Part shown: one piece after another, positions 1 to 10,589 of the stretch
Layout of the letters: the number at the start of each line of letters is the position of its first letter
Position numbering within the stretch: the stretch's first letter is position 1
From: Octopus sinensis
Lineage: Eukaryota
Assembly: GCF_006345805.1 (NCBI RefSeq)
Contig: NC_043010.1
Location: 21,142,001 to 21,206,000, forward strand
Length of the DNA: 64,000 bases
Direction of reading: 5' to 3'
Notes under the pieces: generated by a model
The model's database searches: none
What the model saw: only the letters and a program-made list of their open reading frames with translations
Told to the model about the DNA's origin: nothing
Program-made: the position numbers and the translations under genes

Positions 1-94
1 ATATATATATATTTATTTTTTTTTATCTAGTTTCAGCTCACAAGCTGTGGCCATGCTGGGGCACTGCCATTTGGTGTTGCTACATGATTTTACT

Positions 95-3000
95 TCACGA
101 ATGCTTTTTAGCAATTGACATTTGGTGCATGAGAGAGTTTGAAGCAGCTGCCCTCATCTGCACCTCCTGCCGTGAAGTTGGTTCATCTGGGACACCTGAC
201 AAGAAGAGATCCAGTTTTATTTTAAAGACATCTGCATCCACCCCGTGCAGGTCTCTTAGGTTCTTCGGGAGGATATTGAAGAGCTGTGGGCCTCGGAAGC
301 CCAGGCTATCACAGTATCTTGTCCTACATCTTGATGGCAAATTTGGAGTCCTTGGCACTATGCAGTGGCGCCCAGTTCTGGCATTTGTGTAACTCTCGAT
401 GCCAAAGTTTGGGACAAGTCCTTCTAGGATCTTCCAGATGTATATTATGGCATATCTTTCTCGCCTACGCTCTAAGGAATAGAGTCTCAATCTCTTGAGT
501 CTTTCCCAATAGCTTATATGCTGCACAGAGACTATCTTCTTCGTGTAGCTTCGTTGAATCGCCTCAAGTTCTGTGATTAACTTGACACTAGATGGTGACC
601 ATAGCTGAGAGCAATAGTCAAAGTGGCTTAGGACAAGTGTCCTCCAGAGGACCATCATGGTTTCCTGGTCTCTTGTTCTAAAGGTTCTAAGAATCCATCT
701 GTTCAGCCGCCTACATTTCATTGCCAATTTAGCAACATGCACATGAAAGGTTTTATCATCACTCATGTAAATACCCAGGTCTCGCACTGATTGTGCCTCT
801 GGGATTGCAATCCCTCCAGGTCCAGTGTATTTATTGGGTATTGCATTTAGTTTTGCATGCTGATAGCATAAAGCTTGAAACTTTTCAGCATTGAACTGCA
901 TGCTATTCTTTTCAGCCCACTTGTATATTTTGTCCAGCTCACATTGCAGGTGCTTAGTGTCTTCAGGGTTTCTGTATTGCCTGTGAAACTTTTGTATCAT
1001 CTGCATAACTTGTGATCGTTGCTCTCTGCGTGGCTGAGGGCATGTCTGAGAAGGCCATTATAAACAGTAGCGGTCCCAAAACAGTGCCTTGCGGAACACC
1101 GCTCACTATTTGCGTGTTAATGGAAGTGGCCCCATTGGCTACTACCACCTGACTTCTATCCTTCAGAAAGTCATGAAGCCATTCTCCCAATTTTCCGACT
1201 ATGCCAAGATCACGCAGTTTGTGACATATCATTCCATGATCGACTTTATCAAAGGCCTTTGCAAAGTCGAGATATATGACTTCCACATTTGAGTGGTTGA
1301 GCAGTCGTTTCAGCACCCAGTCATAGTGTTGTAGGAGCTGAGTTAAGCAGTTTCTTCCTGGTCGGAAACCATGTTGGGTGTCAGGCAGCAAGTCATTTTC
1401 TTCAAGGAAGGTGATTAGTTTCCTTCTGACTATTCGTTCCATGACCTTGCTGATGTGTGATGTCAGAGAGATAGGTCTGTAGTTCTTGGCCTCCGCTCTG
1501 CTACCTCCTTTATGAATAGGGCATATTTTACCTTCCTTCAGTTTTCTTGGAAGTTTGCCAGTTGCAAGGAAGCTCTGAAAAAGGTACTGTAGTGGTCTTG
1601 CTAGGACTCTCTTACATACTTTTAGAAGGATTGCTGGGAATCCATCGGGGCCAGTAGCTGAGTTTGTTTTCATTTCATCAATAGCCTTTATTACATCGTC
1701 TTCCTTTATATTGATGTAATCAATCATCGCTGCCTCTGATTTTATATCTGCAGTGGTAAAGAAGTCAGTTGGATTGCTGACTTGAAAATGTCCTAGGGGT
1801 GGAGTGAAAATACTCTTGAATTGCTCATTTAGTATTTCACTTACCCTCATTGGATTTCCTGTGAGTGTGCCGTCCTTTTCAACGAGTGGCCCTATCCTAC
1901 AGTGCACCGTAGCTGTTTCTTTGGCATACCTGTAGAAAGCTCTGGGGTTAGATTTTATGTTGTCTATAGCCCAGGCTTCATTGTCTGCTCTTTCCTTTTC
2001 ATGGGAGAGTTGCAGACATTTTTCAATTTCCAACAGTTTTATTTTCAGGCGGGACTTTTCGCTGCTTTCAATTTGTTTGTTTAGGCGATTTGAAACTTTT
2101 GTACGCCGTCTCATTAGAATTTTCCTCTCTCTCTGGGGATTTTGCTCTTGTGTACAGTGGCCTTTCTCTCTGGGACCCATTTGTAGCATATGGCTTGCAT
2201 TACAGACATGAATTGTTGAAGATTCATGTCGATGTCTGGCGAGGAGAGACATTCAGGCCAGTTTTGTTTGAGGATCTCTTTCTCAATTTGTTTCCAGTTT
2301 GCCTTATGGAAGTTCAAGCTGGAAAGATTCTGAGAGTTTCTTGTAGGCTGCATGTCCATGCTTTCCTTTTTGCCCGTACATGGTCAGCTCTACCATGTTG
2401 TGATCCGAGAGTAGTGTCGGTGTCACTTTCACATTACGGATGAGATCCATATCATTTGTGAAGCAGAGATCCAGTATGTTACCTGCCCTGGTTGGTTGGA
2501 GTATTACTTGCTCCATGTACAGAGTGTTGATGAGGTTCAGGAGGGACCTCGCCCGTCCTCGTTCGCATCGTGTCATTCCTTGGAGAGAAAGGCCCTCGGG
2601 GCATCTGACATTGGGTAGATTGAAGTCTCCCATAAGATGTACACTTATGTGTTGTTCTAATGTGACTAGAACTTCTATTTTTATAAGGCAGTCTTCAAAC
2701 TTGCCTACATGGCTTGGGGCATCTGGAGGGCGATATGTAGCACATATAACTACACCAAGTTGCCTTATATGTACGTGGCTTAGTGGTTAGGGCATTCGGC
2801 TCATGATCGTAAGGTTGTGAGTTCGATTCCCGGCGACGCGTTGTGTCCTTGAGCAAGACACTTTATTTCACGTTGCTCCAGTCCACTCAGCTGGCAAAAA
2901 TGAGTTGTACCTGTATTTCAAAGGGTCAGCCTTGTCACTCTCTGTGTCACGCTGATTATCCCCGAGAACTACGTTAAGGGTACACGTGTCTGTGGAATGC

Positions 3001-3400
3001 TCAGCCATTTGCACGTTAATTTCACGAGCAAGCTGTTCCGTTGATCGTATCAGCTGGGACCCTCGTCGTCGTAACCGGCGGAGTCTTTAAGTGTGTCACA
3101 CACCGAATTCGAGTATGAGAAAAGGACCTGGGGTGTGAGGTCCTCACGGATGTACATAGCAATTCCTCCACGACCCCTTTCTTTTCTGTCGGTCCGTAGT
3201 ACAACATACTGTGGTATGTGTATTTCCGCATCTGCTATGTCCGGTTTCAGGTGTGTTTCCGTAAGTGTTATACATAAGGCTTGATTGCATGCAACAAAGT
3301 CTCTCAAGAACGGGATTTTTGTCCTGTTACTGAGTGTTAGCAGTCCTCTGATGTTCAGTAGGAGCATCGAGGTGATGTGTATACTGTTGCCGGCGGTGTC
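95..3400 (-). pseudogene. LINE ORF2 (endonuclease plus reverse transcriptase), broken by a SINE insertion and at least three frameshifts (about 2350, 2230, 1010)
   Basis: ORFs 3050..3511, 2304..2633, 2114..2359, 963..2252 and 95..1006 are consecutive pieces of one EN-RT protein in changing frames. Confidence 0.93.
2775..3085 (+). mobile_element. tRNA-derived SINE, family C, nested in the LINE endonuclease
   Basis: A box GTGGCTTAGTGGTTAG, B box GTTCGATTCC, body TTGTGTCCTTGAGCAAGACACTTTATTTCACGTTGCTCCAGTCCACTCAGCTG; removing it restores the frame (..VCDTLKVHIRQLGVV..YRPPD). Confidence 0.9.
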
Positions 3401-4150
3401 CACCTTGGGTCTATTTGCTGTGGCGGTCTTGTGTATTGTGGATAGTCCCATCTGCGAGTTTGAGTTTGATGGAGCCGGGTTAGCTGCTGTACAATCTTTT
3501 GTGCCATGCACAAAAAAGATTCTTGTTCAGCAGCTGCCCTTTCAATAACATGTTGGCGGTTTGTAGCTCGCACAACATCTGCGTACCTCCGTTTTGGGGC
3601 AGGTGGTGCGTGGTCCATTCCTTTTCCTTTTGGTAGTTGGTTTCTGACCTGTTTCATGTTTATGTGGCAGGGTCTTTCATGTGAAAAACGGCAGCCTGCA
3701 CCTTCCTCTCCATGCCAGCAGACACCTTTCAGGTAGAATTTACACATTCGTGTGCACTGTCTGTTTCTATCCTTTTTGATATATGGATAGTCAGGTTTGC
3801 TTCTATCCTTCGCTGTTTCATCTTTTGGTTTTGTTTGAGTTTTAGTTCTTCCTTCTTTGGCTGTTTCATCTCTTGTTTTTCTTTTTGTTTTTCCTCCTTT
3901 TATTTCTTTTTTGGCTCTTTCATCTCCATGGTTTTGGCGTTTGGTGCTGGTAGGAGCACTTGCACTTGGGTTTACTTCCCGCGCAGGTTTCTCACTTGAA
4001 TCTTCTTTGTTGTTGTCCTGGGTGTCTACCAACTGGGGGTGACATCTTTTATCAGCATCCGCGCCTCCATCCTTGACATCTTTACTTTGTTCGTTGTCAA
4101 AGATGGCATCAAGCGTGCCAATGTGAGATCTTATGAGTGCATAGGAGCGT
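3355..4150 (-). pseudogene. LINE ORF1 remnant with CCCH-type zinc finger; frame stays open up to the (TA)n truncation
   Basis: CKFYLKGVCWHGEEGAGCRFSHERPC; ORF 3355..4032 extends in frame to about 4150; its 3' end overlaps the start of ORF2 in another frame. Confidence 0.8.
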
Positions 4151-4153
4151 ATA

Positions 4154-4186
<33 letters not shown>

Positions 4187-4187
4187 G

Positions 4188-4249
<62 letters not shown>

Positions 4250-5078
4250 AATATATATTAATAAGGATAAGATCGTTATTTAAATATCGAACTTATGTGG
4301 CCAGCATGGGAATAAACACCTTCAAAGGTAATAATTATTATTAAAACTATAATTTAGTGTATCTAAAAGTTACCTCCACGCTTGAAAAGTTTATTTTGTC
4401 TTTTTGTCTTCTCTCCTGGTGCAGTATGAAATTTTAATGTGGTTTTAGAGTCAAGTTTTGGCTGCTATCTGAAGCCTGGTGGTATCTCTTAGATACCCTA
4501 AATTCTAATTTGTCCCCTCACCCGTCACTGTTTGATAACTGCATGGAAGTATTTACACCCCATAACTTAACAGTTCAGTAAAAGAAAACGATGAAGTAAA
4601 AAAAATAAATACTGGGGTCAATTCGTTCGTCCAAGAATTCGTCAAGGCAGTGCCCCTGCATGGCTGCAGTCTGGTGAAACAGATAGGAGATAAGAGATTA
4701 ATAAAAAATCAAAATCAAAAGAAGTTAGAAAAATTAGAAGCTAAGATTTGTTTTCGCCAAAACATATTGTGATGTATGACGTAAGCTGTGTCGGAGCATC
4801 AGCAGAAGCCTAACAAAACATTACGATTTAGAAAGTCCATCTAATGATCTCTCCAATCTTAATGATGTTTTAGTTTAATCTATATCAAATCCCGAAGCCA
4901 TGCAAGTGTATTTTCTCAATGAAGAGTTGTTTCAGCGGTAATGTTTATTTTGAACGCTAAAGAAATTGCTACGCGTCTCACCGAAGTACATCAACCTCAC
5001 CTTGTAACCGACACAAACCACGTTGGATGACGACATTTCTCGTTGTAGTTTGAAACCAGAAGAGGTCAAGTAGTAGTA

Positions 5079-5244
5079 AGAGAAGAAGAAGAAGAAGAAG
5101 AAGAAGAAGAAGAAGAAGAGAAGAAGAAGAAGAAGAAGAAGAAGAAGAAGAAGAAGAAGAAGAAAGAAGAAGAAGAAGAAGAAGAAGAGAAGAAGAAGAA
5201 GAAGAAGAAGAAGAAGAAGAAGAAGAAGAAGAAGAAGAAGAAGA
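5079..5244. repeat. (GAA)n microsatellite, imperfect
   Basis: Direct inspection. Confidence 0.95.
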
Positions 5245-5277
5245 GATTGAATGAATATGGTTAAGCATTCACTTTTA

Positions 5278-5670
5278 TCTCTCTATATATAAGGCTGAAG
5301 TTGTCTGTGTATGGCGGGTTTGGTGGCCTTCAACTAACACTATCTCCTCCGAGACCCTGCGGCGCAAGTTGACCAAAATTGAGGGTTTGATAGAAGAAGT
5401 CTTGTTCTTCATTCCGTACAAGAAAAAATTCAAATCGGAGCGTGTTAGCACCAAAAGTTATTTACATAAAAAAGTGGGGGTTTTTTCTATGAAAATCCCT
5501 ATTTTTTACGAATTTTTTACTGCTGTGTCGCCATTTTTCGGTGTATTTCAACCAGGAAAATGTTCACTTAAAGAGAATAACAAGCTACATAATGCAAAAG
5601 TTTTACTTTTCAAAAATTCTAACTCTAAAGTGTCGAAACAAACCCGAGCAACGCCGGGCGATACTGCTAG
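5278..5670 (+). mobile_element. Non-autonomous Helitron, about 393 bp
   Basis: Starts A|TC, ends CTAG|T; subterminal GC hairpin CCCGAGCAACGCCGGG; no TSD; second copy at 17978-18369. Confidence 0.85.
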
Positions 5671-6014
5671 TATTATACTATGGAAGACTGTAGGGAATAT
5701 TTTTTTGTATGACTTAAAGGTTTGGTCGCTGTTTAGTTACATTTTTAGGAGTTGGTTATCGATTTACTTATTGAATTTATTTACCGATACTGCTGTACAT
5801 AGGGTAAATGTGTTTGAAAGTTGTGGCCTTGGTATGTTTGTTCCCAAACAACACTTATTTTAGTACTGTTGACACCGCCGGATTGAATGGTATTGCCCAG
5901 GTGTCAAAACCATAATGATATCCATGGGGCAGCTGATGGTGGAGGTATGTTGGATTGTTGGTATGGCTGTTTTTCTATATGTGGAATAGTATTATAACAC
6001 ATCCTTTTCATATA

Positions 6015-6310
6015 TATAATAGGGATGACCACTAAGTGGATATCCATTAAGCTAGAAGTCGACTCCCTATGGTCTTACCACTAAGAAAGGAATGTTCTCA
6101 AGAAAATTAAGCAACATTCCTTTCTTAGTGGTACGACCATAGGGAGTCGACTTCTAGCATAATGGATATCCACTTAGTGGTCATCCCCCTTATATGTATG
6201 TAATATAATTTTTCTGTATCTTCAGATTTTTCTATATGCTAGGCCATTAATTTTAAATTGATATTAATCAAATTAATATTCAATTTTTCACCCTTATTAT
6301 TTTAAATATA
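6015..6310 (-). mobile_element. Truncated PLE pseudo-LTR (family A) with fold-back inverted tail
   Basis: Reverse complement aligns with 11243-11450 (AAATTGAATATTAAT..AAATCTGAA..CACTAAGTGG..ATGCTAGAAGT..AATGTT); 75-bp inverted arms 6022-6096 and 6113-6187. Confidence 0.7.
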
Positions 6311-6319
6311 TATATATAA

Positions 6320-7139
6320 AACAAGCTAAAATAACTGGTTTTAAAATGTCAGAAAGAGATTCAAGTCGTAACGATACTAAGCACTAATGCTTGTTGCTAC
6401 TTCTGCATGGCTGTTCCGTTGTTCCATGCAGAACTGTGTTGCTACATTTGAACTCCCAGGAAAACGTCTTTACCAGCTGGTTAATGACACAACCTGTGTC
6501 TGATATATTGCGAGTAAGGGAGCGAACCACTCCTCTCCAGCGAGGCAAGATCGGTAGACCAGCTGGTTTCTGGGTGCGTACCCGTTCTCAGTGCTGGACG
6601 CTTGCCTGCTAGGGATGGCAATCATTCAGCCGTACTCACAATATATAAACAAATAAGTAACAATCAGGCGCTGGTTCGGCCAAGCCTGACATTTCTTTCT
6701 TTGTTCGGCCGCCGTCTGTGCAACATCTATATTCCTCTCTGTGCCTGCGAAATCTTGTATCCCTGCCGTAAGGCTTTACTTCCACACACGCCAGTTTAAT
6801 TTAATTTGTCCTTAGTCAAAAGACAACTGTTGTAATGTCCTGTTATTTGTATTTGTGTAACATTCTCCGTCTTTTTTCCATCCTTGTTTTCGTATGCATT
6901 CGCTACTTTCTTCCAAGGAATCTAATGCTCTTAGCTTAGTTTTCCCTTGGGGCTGGCCAGATTGGAGCAATCTCGATTATAACCAGCCGAAAATGCAAAG
7001 ATAATCTGGAACTCGACTGAGAAAAGAAAATTCCGAATGACCCGTACTTGTTTTCTTTGTATCGTAGACATTTATGTTTTGTTGTTCCTTTTTTGCATCA
7101 CCTAACTGTCGGATTGTTTTGCGTTCTTGTCCCATTTTG

Positions 7140-7140
<1 letters not shown>
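6320..7140. mobile_element. Probable PLE terminal-repeat fragment (family C) between (TA)n tracts
   Basis: Bounded by (TA)n; contains a degenerate hammerhead motif at 6551-6597; sits between other PLE fragments. Confidence 0.45.
6551..6597 (-). ncRNA. Degenerate type I hammerhead ribozyme motif
   Basis: CUGAGAA (G8A), stem II GGGU-ACGC-ACCC, GAAA, palindromic stem III ACCAGCUGGU, GUC site; stem I has mismatches. Confidence 0.5.
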
Positions 7141-7185
<45 letters not shown>

Positions 7186-7199
7186 TTGGAACTTACAAA

Positions 7200-7390
7200 A
7201 AAAAAAAAGAAAAGACAAGACGGCTGTGTAAAGAACAAACATGTATTAGTTTAACGCTCGGAAAGTGAGAAAGTCTTTTACGTTTCGAGCCTACGCTCTT
7301 CAACAGAAAGGAACACAGAAATAAACAGAGAGAGAATATAAAAAAAAGGTTTAGTGGCTAGCGACCAATCATGGCGAATGCCAGACAGAA
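7200..7390 (-). mobile_element. PLE-type terminal-repeat fragment (family D) containing a hammerhead motif
   Basis: Homologous to 28850-29050; next to (TA)n; hammerhead at 7275-7310. Confidence 0.55.
7275..7310 (-). ncRNA. Minimal type I hammerhead ribozyme motif with A6U variant
   Basis: CUUU-CUGUUGA-A-GAGC-GUAG-GCUC-GAAAC-GUA-AAAG: stem I 4 bp, stem II 4 bp, loopless palindromic ACGU stem III. Confidence 0.65.
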
Positions 7391-7679
7391 AAAAAACCTC
7401 AGCGTTCTTTGCGTTTTAGAATTCACACATATCAAGCTATTCAGGGCATGAGATCACTTTGACAAAACATGTTTGCTCTAAGATGCGGCCAATCCAGGCA
7501 GACTGCAATACCGTTGTGAAAGCCTTGAGAAAGGAAAATAAATAAAGGGCATTTAAACAGCGGTCTCAAAAAATAAAAAATGTCTCTAAAACTGAAAACT
7601 ATACCTGTAATTATCGGAGCTTTGAGGATACCAAATTGCGTTCTTAAATACGATGATCAAGTTCCATGAAACCCTAGAG

Positions 7680-7770
7680 TAGCAGAACTGCAAAAAGAAG
7701 AAAGAAGAAGAAAATTGTTTTCGTAGGCACTGCCCATGTCCTACGAAAAACACTGTCAACCTTAGAATAT
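7680..7770 (+). mobile_element. R4/Dong-type non-LTR retrotransposon C-terminal relic
   Basis: Translates AELQK-(GAA-rich insert)-IVFVGTAHVLRKTLS, matching the QKxVLxGTAHILRK end of R4/Dong ORFs as recalled. Confidence 0.6.
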
Positions 7771-9462
7771 CTCGATCTTTTAAATTCTTTCAAAATCGCA
7801 ACTATTACAATGTTGATAATCTTGTTACAATGATGATTATGAGACAATATGTAGCCTCTGTCATATTCTCTGTGAAAGGAAACGGAAAATTTCGATGAGT
7901 AACTGTTTGAATAACGAAACAGAAGCACTTCATATTGAAGTAACAAGAGATAAAAATAAGGACCGGCAGAGCTTCACTGTAATGCTCTTCTCTCAAATTA
8001 ATTACTTCATCTACCTGTGAATGGCTTCATTTGTAAAAATATATTTACACTCATTAAAATGAGAATATTTTCCTAAAATAATCTGGAAGAATTACATTAA
8101 ATAATGGCAAAGAAAAAAAATCCTATTCCCAATTTTAAATTAATTCCAAATTTAATAGGTTTCTTTTGTTGTCATGCAATGTTAATAATTGTTTTTATTC
8201 TACAAGTTATATATTTCCGTGAAATCTATATATTTACAAATGTAATAGAACCACTGGATTGTATGAGAGAGGAAGAGAAGGGGAGGAGAGGGAGATAGAG
8301 ATAGAGGAGTAAAGAAGGAAACAGAGAAGAGGAAGGAGAGGGGGAGAGAGAAAAATTATAATATGCTGAAGACAATTTTAAACACTAAGCCAACATGTAG
8401 TCCATTAAGAAGCTGCAAATAACAGCCGAAACTCTTACAAAACACACCCTTAAATAAATACGGGTACATTCTTTCTCACTTACTCTCTCTCACCCTCCCT
8501 CTCTCTCCTTCCTTTCCTCTTCCCCCCTCTCTCTCTATATATATGTAATGCAATATATAGATTCATAAAATGATGTAGTCGTCACAGAAAGCTCCTCTAA
8601 TGGACTCGGCTATCATACCATATAGTAATCCAATACGGAGGAGTTTAATGCAGGGTTCTATGCAGTGAAATCCCGGAAATCCAGTCGATGAAATTATTTC
8701 ATGCGGTGTATATAAACCGTAAAATGTCAGATGATATGAGAGGTGAATATATTTATTTAACCAACTGTTATCCTTAGGATTACAGCCATTTCGAAGCCGT
8801 TATCATGAAATAATAATTTCAGTGCATATTTAATTATTGTACATGACTGCATCAATATGCATGCAGCGCATTGTATGATACAATTGAACGTTTAAAGATC
8901 AATGCAGATAATGAAGGCTTGCTCATCAGATCATCAGAACATCAGGATTACTGAAATACTTGAATTCCTAACTCATAATATATGAAATAGAGATTAATGA
9001 GGCCTAGGCGAACAGCTCGGTGAGCACTCCAAGCGAAACCCCTTAACTAACAGAAGGTCAAGCGTAAATATTAAAATGAGTATCGGTTATATCCATCGGG
9101 TGATCCAAACATGCTGTACCTCCAAGGTTATTCAATGGCTGGTGCTTAATCGAAGGATATAATAACAATGAGAAAATGATTACGTTACATAGCTTTATTC
9201 AAAGTAATGTGTGTGTGTTTGAGTGTGTGTGTGTGTGTGTTGTGTGTGTGTGTGTGTTTGTGTGTGTTTGTGCATGTGTGTGTGCGTGTGTGTGTGTAAA
9301 TATGTGTGTATATATGCATTCATCATTGACTTTATAAGAATTTATAGACATGAAGAGAATGCTACTATTTATAATTTTATCTGCTTCGAAATCCACCGTT
9401 CGAATTTAAAGCAGTATTTCACATTCTCTCGAAGTTTATTGCTTCTTATGACGTCAACAACT

Positions 9463-9690
9463 TATTTCTTTACAACCCACAAGGGGCTAAACACAGAGAG
9501 GACAAACAAGGACAGACAAACGGATTAAGTCGATTATATCGATCCCAGTGCGTAACTGGTACTTATTTAATCGACCCCGAAAGGATGAAAGACAAAGTCG
9601 ACCTCGGCGGAATTTGAACTCAGAACGTAACGGCAAACGAAATACGGCTACGCATTTCGCTCGGCGTGCTAACGTTTCTGCCCGCTCGCC
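9463..9690 (-). mobile_element. tRNA-derived SINE, family A monomer
   Basis: Head GGCGAGCGGGCAGAAACGTTAGCACGCCG, B-box-like GAGTTCAAATTCC, central CTTTCATCCTTTCGGGGTCGAT..AAGTACCAG (Meta-domain-like by recall), tail ..TAAAGAAATA; many copies in window. Confidence 0.9.
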
Positions 9691-9841
9691 TAGGTGCAAC
9701 GCCTATCATGGTTACAGCAGATGTTGGTTCGAATCCTCAGTGCAGCCTTAAACTTTTTCATTTAAAGTTTTTTTTTAACCTGACTTTTACGCGCTATTTT
9801 ATAGCCTAATCTGCTTCGGGATCCACAGTTCCAAAAGAAGC

Positions 9842-9872
<31 letters not shown>

Positions 9873-10050
9873 TACGTTTAAATATTTGTTGTGCAAGATT
9901 TTTTATGTGAAGTCGTGTGTTGAAACAGATATTGTTATATTTCGGAATGGTCATTTTGCCAGTTTAGCCAATAAAAACACACGCACTATATATTTGGTGT
10001 TATTTTGCTTCATTGTTATATATTTTTTACATTAATCTTAATCTTATTTC

Positions 10051-10095
10051 GGCCAGAGTTCTTTCGTCACACTCCTGTGACCGCATCAGTGGTCC
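10051..10095 (-). ncRNA. Type I hammerhead ribozyme motif with A9C variant
   Basis: GGACCA-CUGAUGC-G-GUCACA-GGAG-UGUGAC-GAAA-G-AA-C-UC-UGGCC: stem I GG(A)CCA/UGGCC, stem II 6 bp, CUC site. Confidence 0.6.
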
Positions 10096-10455
10096 TTTGT
10101 TTTCTTCTTTCTTATTTGTGTCTCTCCTTACTAACCGTCAGCCATTTTGTATTTCTATTGTATGTCTTCATTTGCGCATGCTTATATCTCTATGTGCGTT
10201 TATGTTTATTTAGTGTGTGTATGTGGGGGGATGCCTGTAATATTTGTATTTTCTGTTTATATATGTTCATGTAATTTGTATTTTGTTTTTGTTGTTTTTG
10301 TTTATTCTTATTTTGTTCATGTGTTTACATCCACTTATTATTATCATTACATATGCTTGTATGTATAACAACAATACTAGTAATAACAATAATAAATCGA
10401 ATCGAAAAAAAAAATAATAAATAAAAAAATTAATTAAACAAATTGATAAAAATAT

Positions 10456-10532
<77 letters not shown>

Positions 10533-10589
10533 CATATATATATAGTTATTTATTTCTATTAGTTTATTTATCTGTGTATTTATTATGTT

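Larger units (their letters stand above)
12..4150 (-). mobile_element. CR1/L2-group non-LTR retrotransposon (LINE), 5'-truncated within ORF1, ORF2 decayed, 3' end intact with A-rich tail
   Basis: Order on minus strand: CCCH zinc-finger ORF1, APE endonuclease (LLNIRGL, LTETHL, YRPP, MGDFN, GNILDLCFTN), RT (YRPISLTSHISKVMERIV, YLDFAKAFDKVDH, SGVPQGTVLGPLLF, YADDTK), C-terminal LERRRERYAIIYIWKI, short 3' UTR, A tail; (TA)n at both ends. Confidence 0.95.

Noticed and set aside
2775-2835. tRNA-like sequences with A and B boxes (also 14235, 23315, 35980, 40790)
   Set aside because: They are SINE heads continuing into SINE bodies; no complete cloverleaf
5369-5863. 164-aa ORF resembling the 63-aa ORF at 17968-18159
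   Set aside because: Both are chance frames in the non-autonomous Helitron copies
7012-7050. CUGAGAA..GAAU..GUA hammerhead-like string, plus GGCUGG/CCAGCC-GAAA at 6950-6995
   Set aside because: Too many core changes and no convincing stem I
8885-8940. CUGAUGAG on the minus strand, and similar partial motifs at 8640, 9000 and 13845
   Set aside because: No matching stem II with GAAA; cannot be supported
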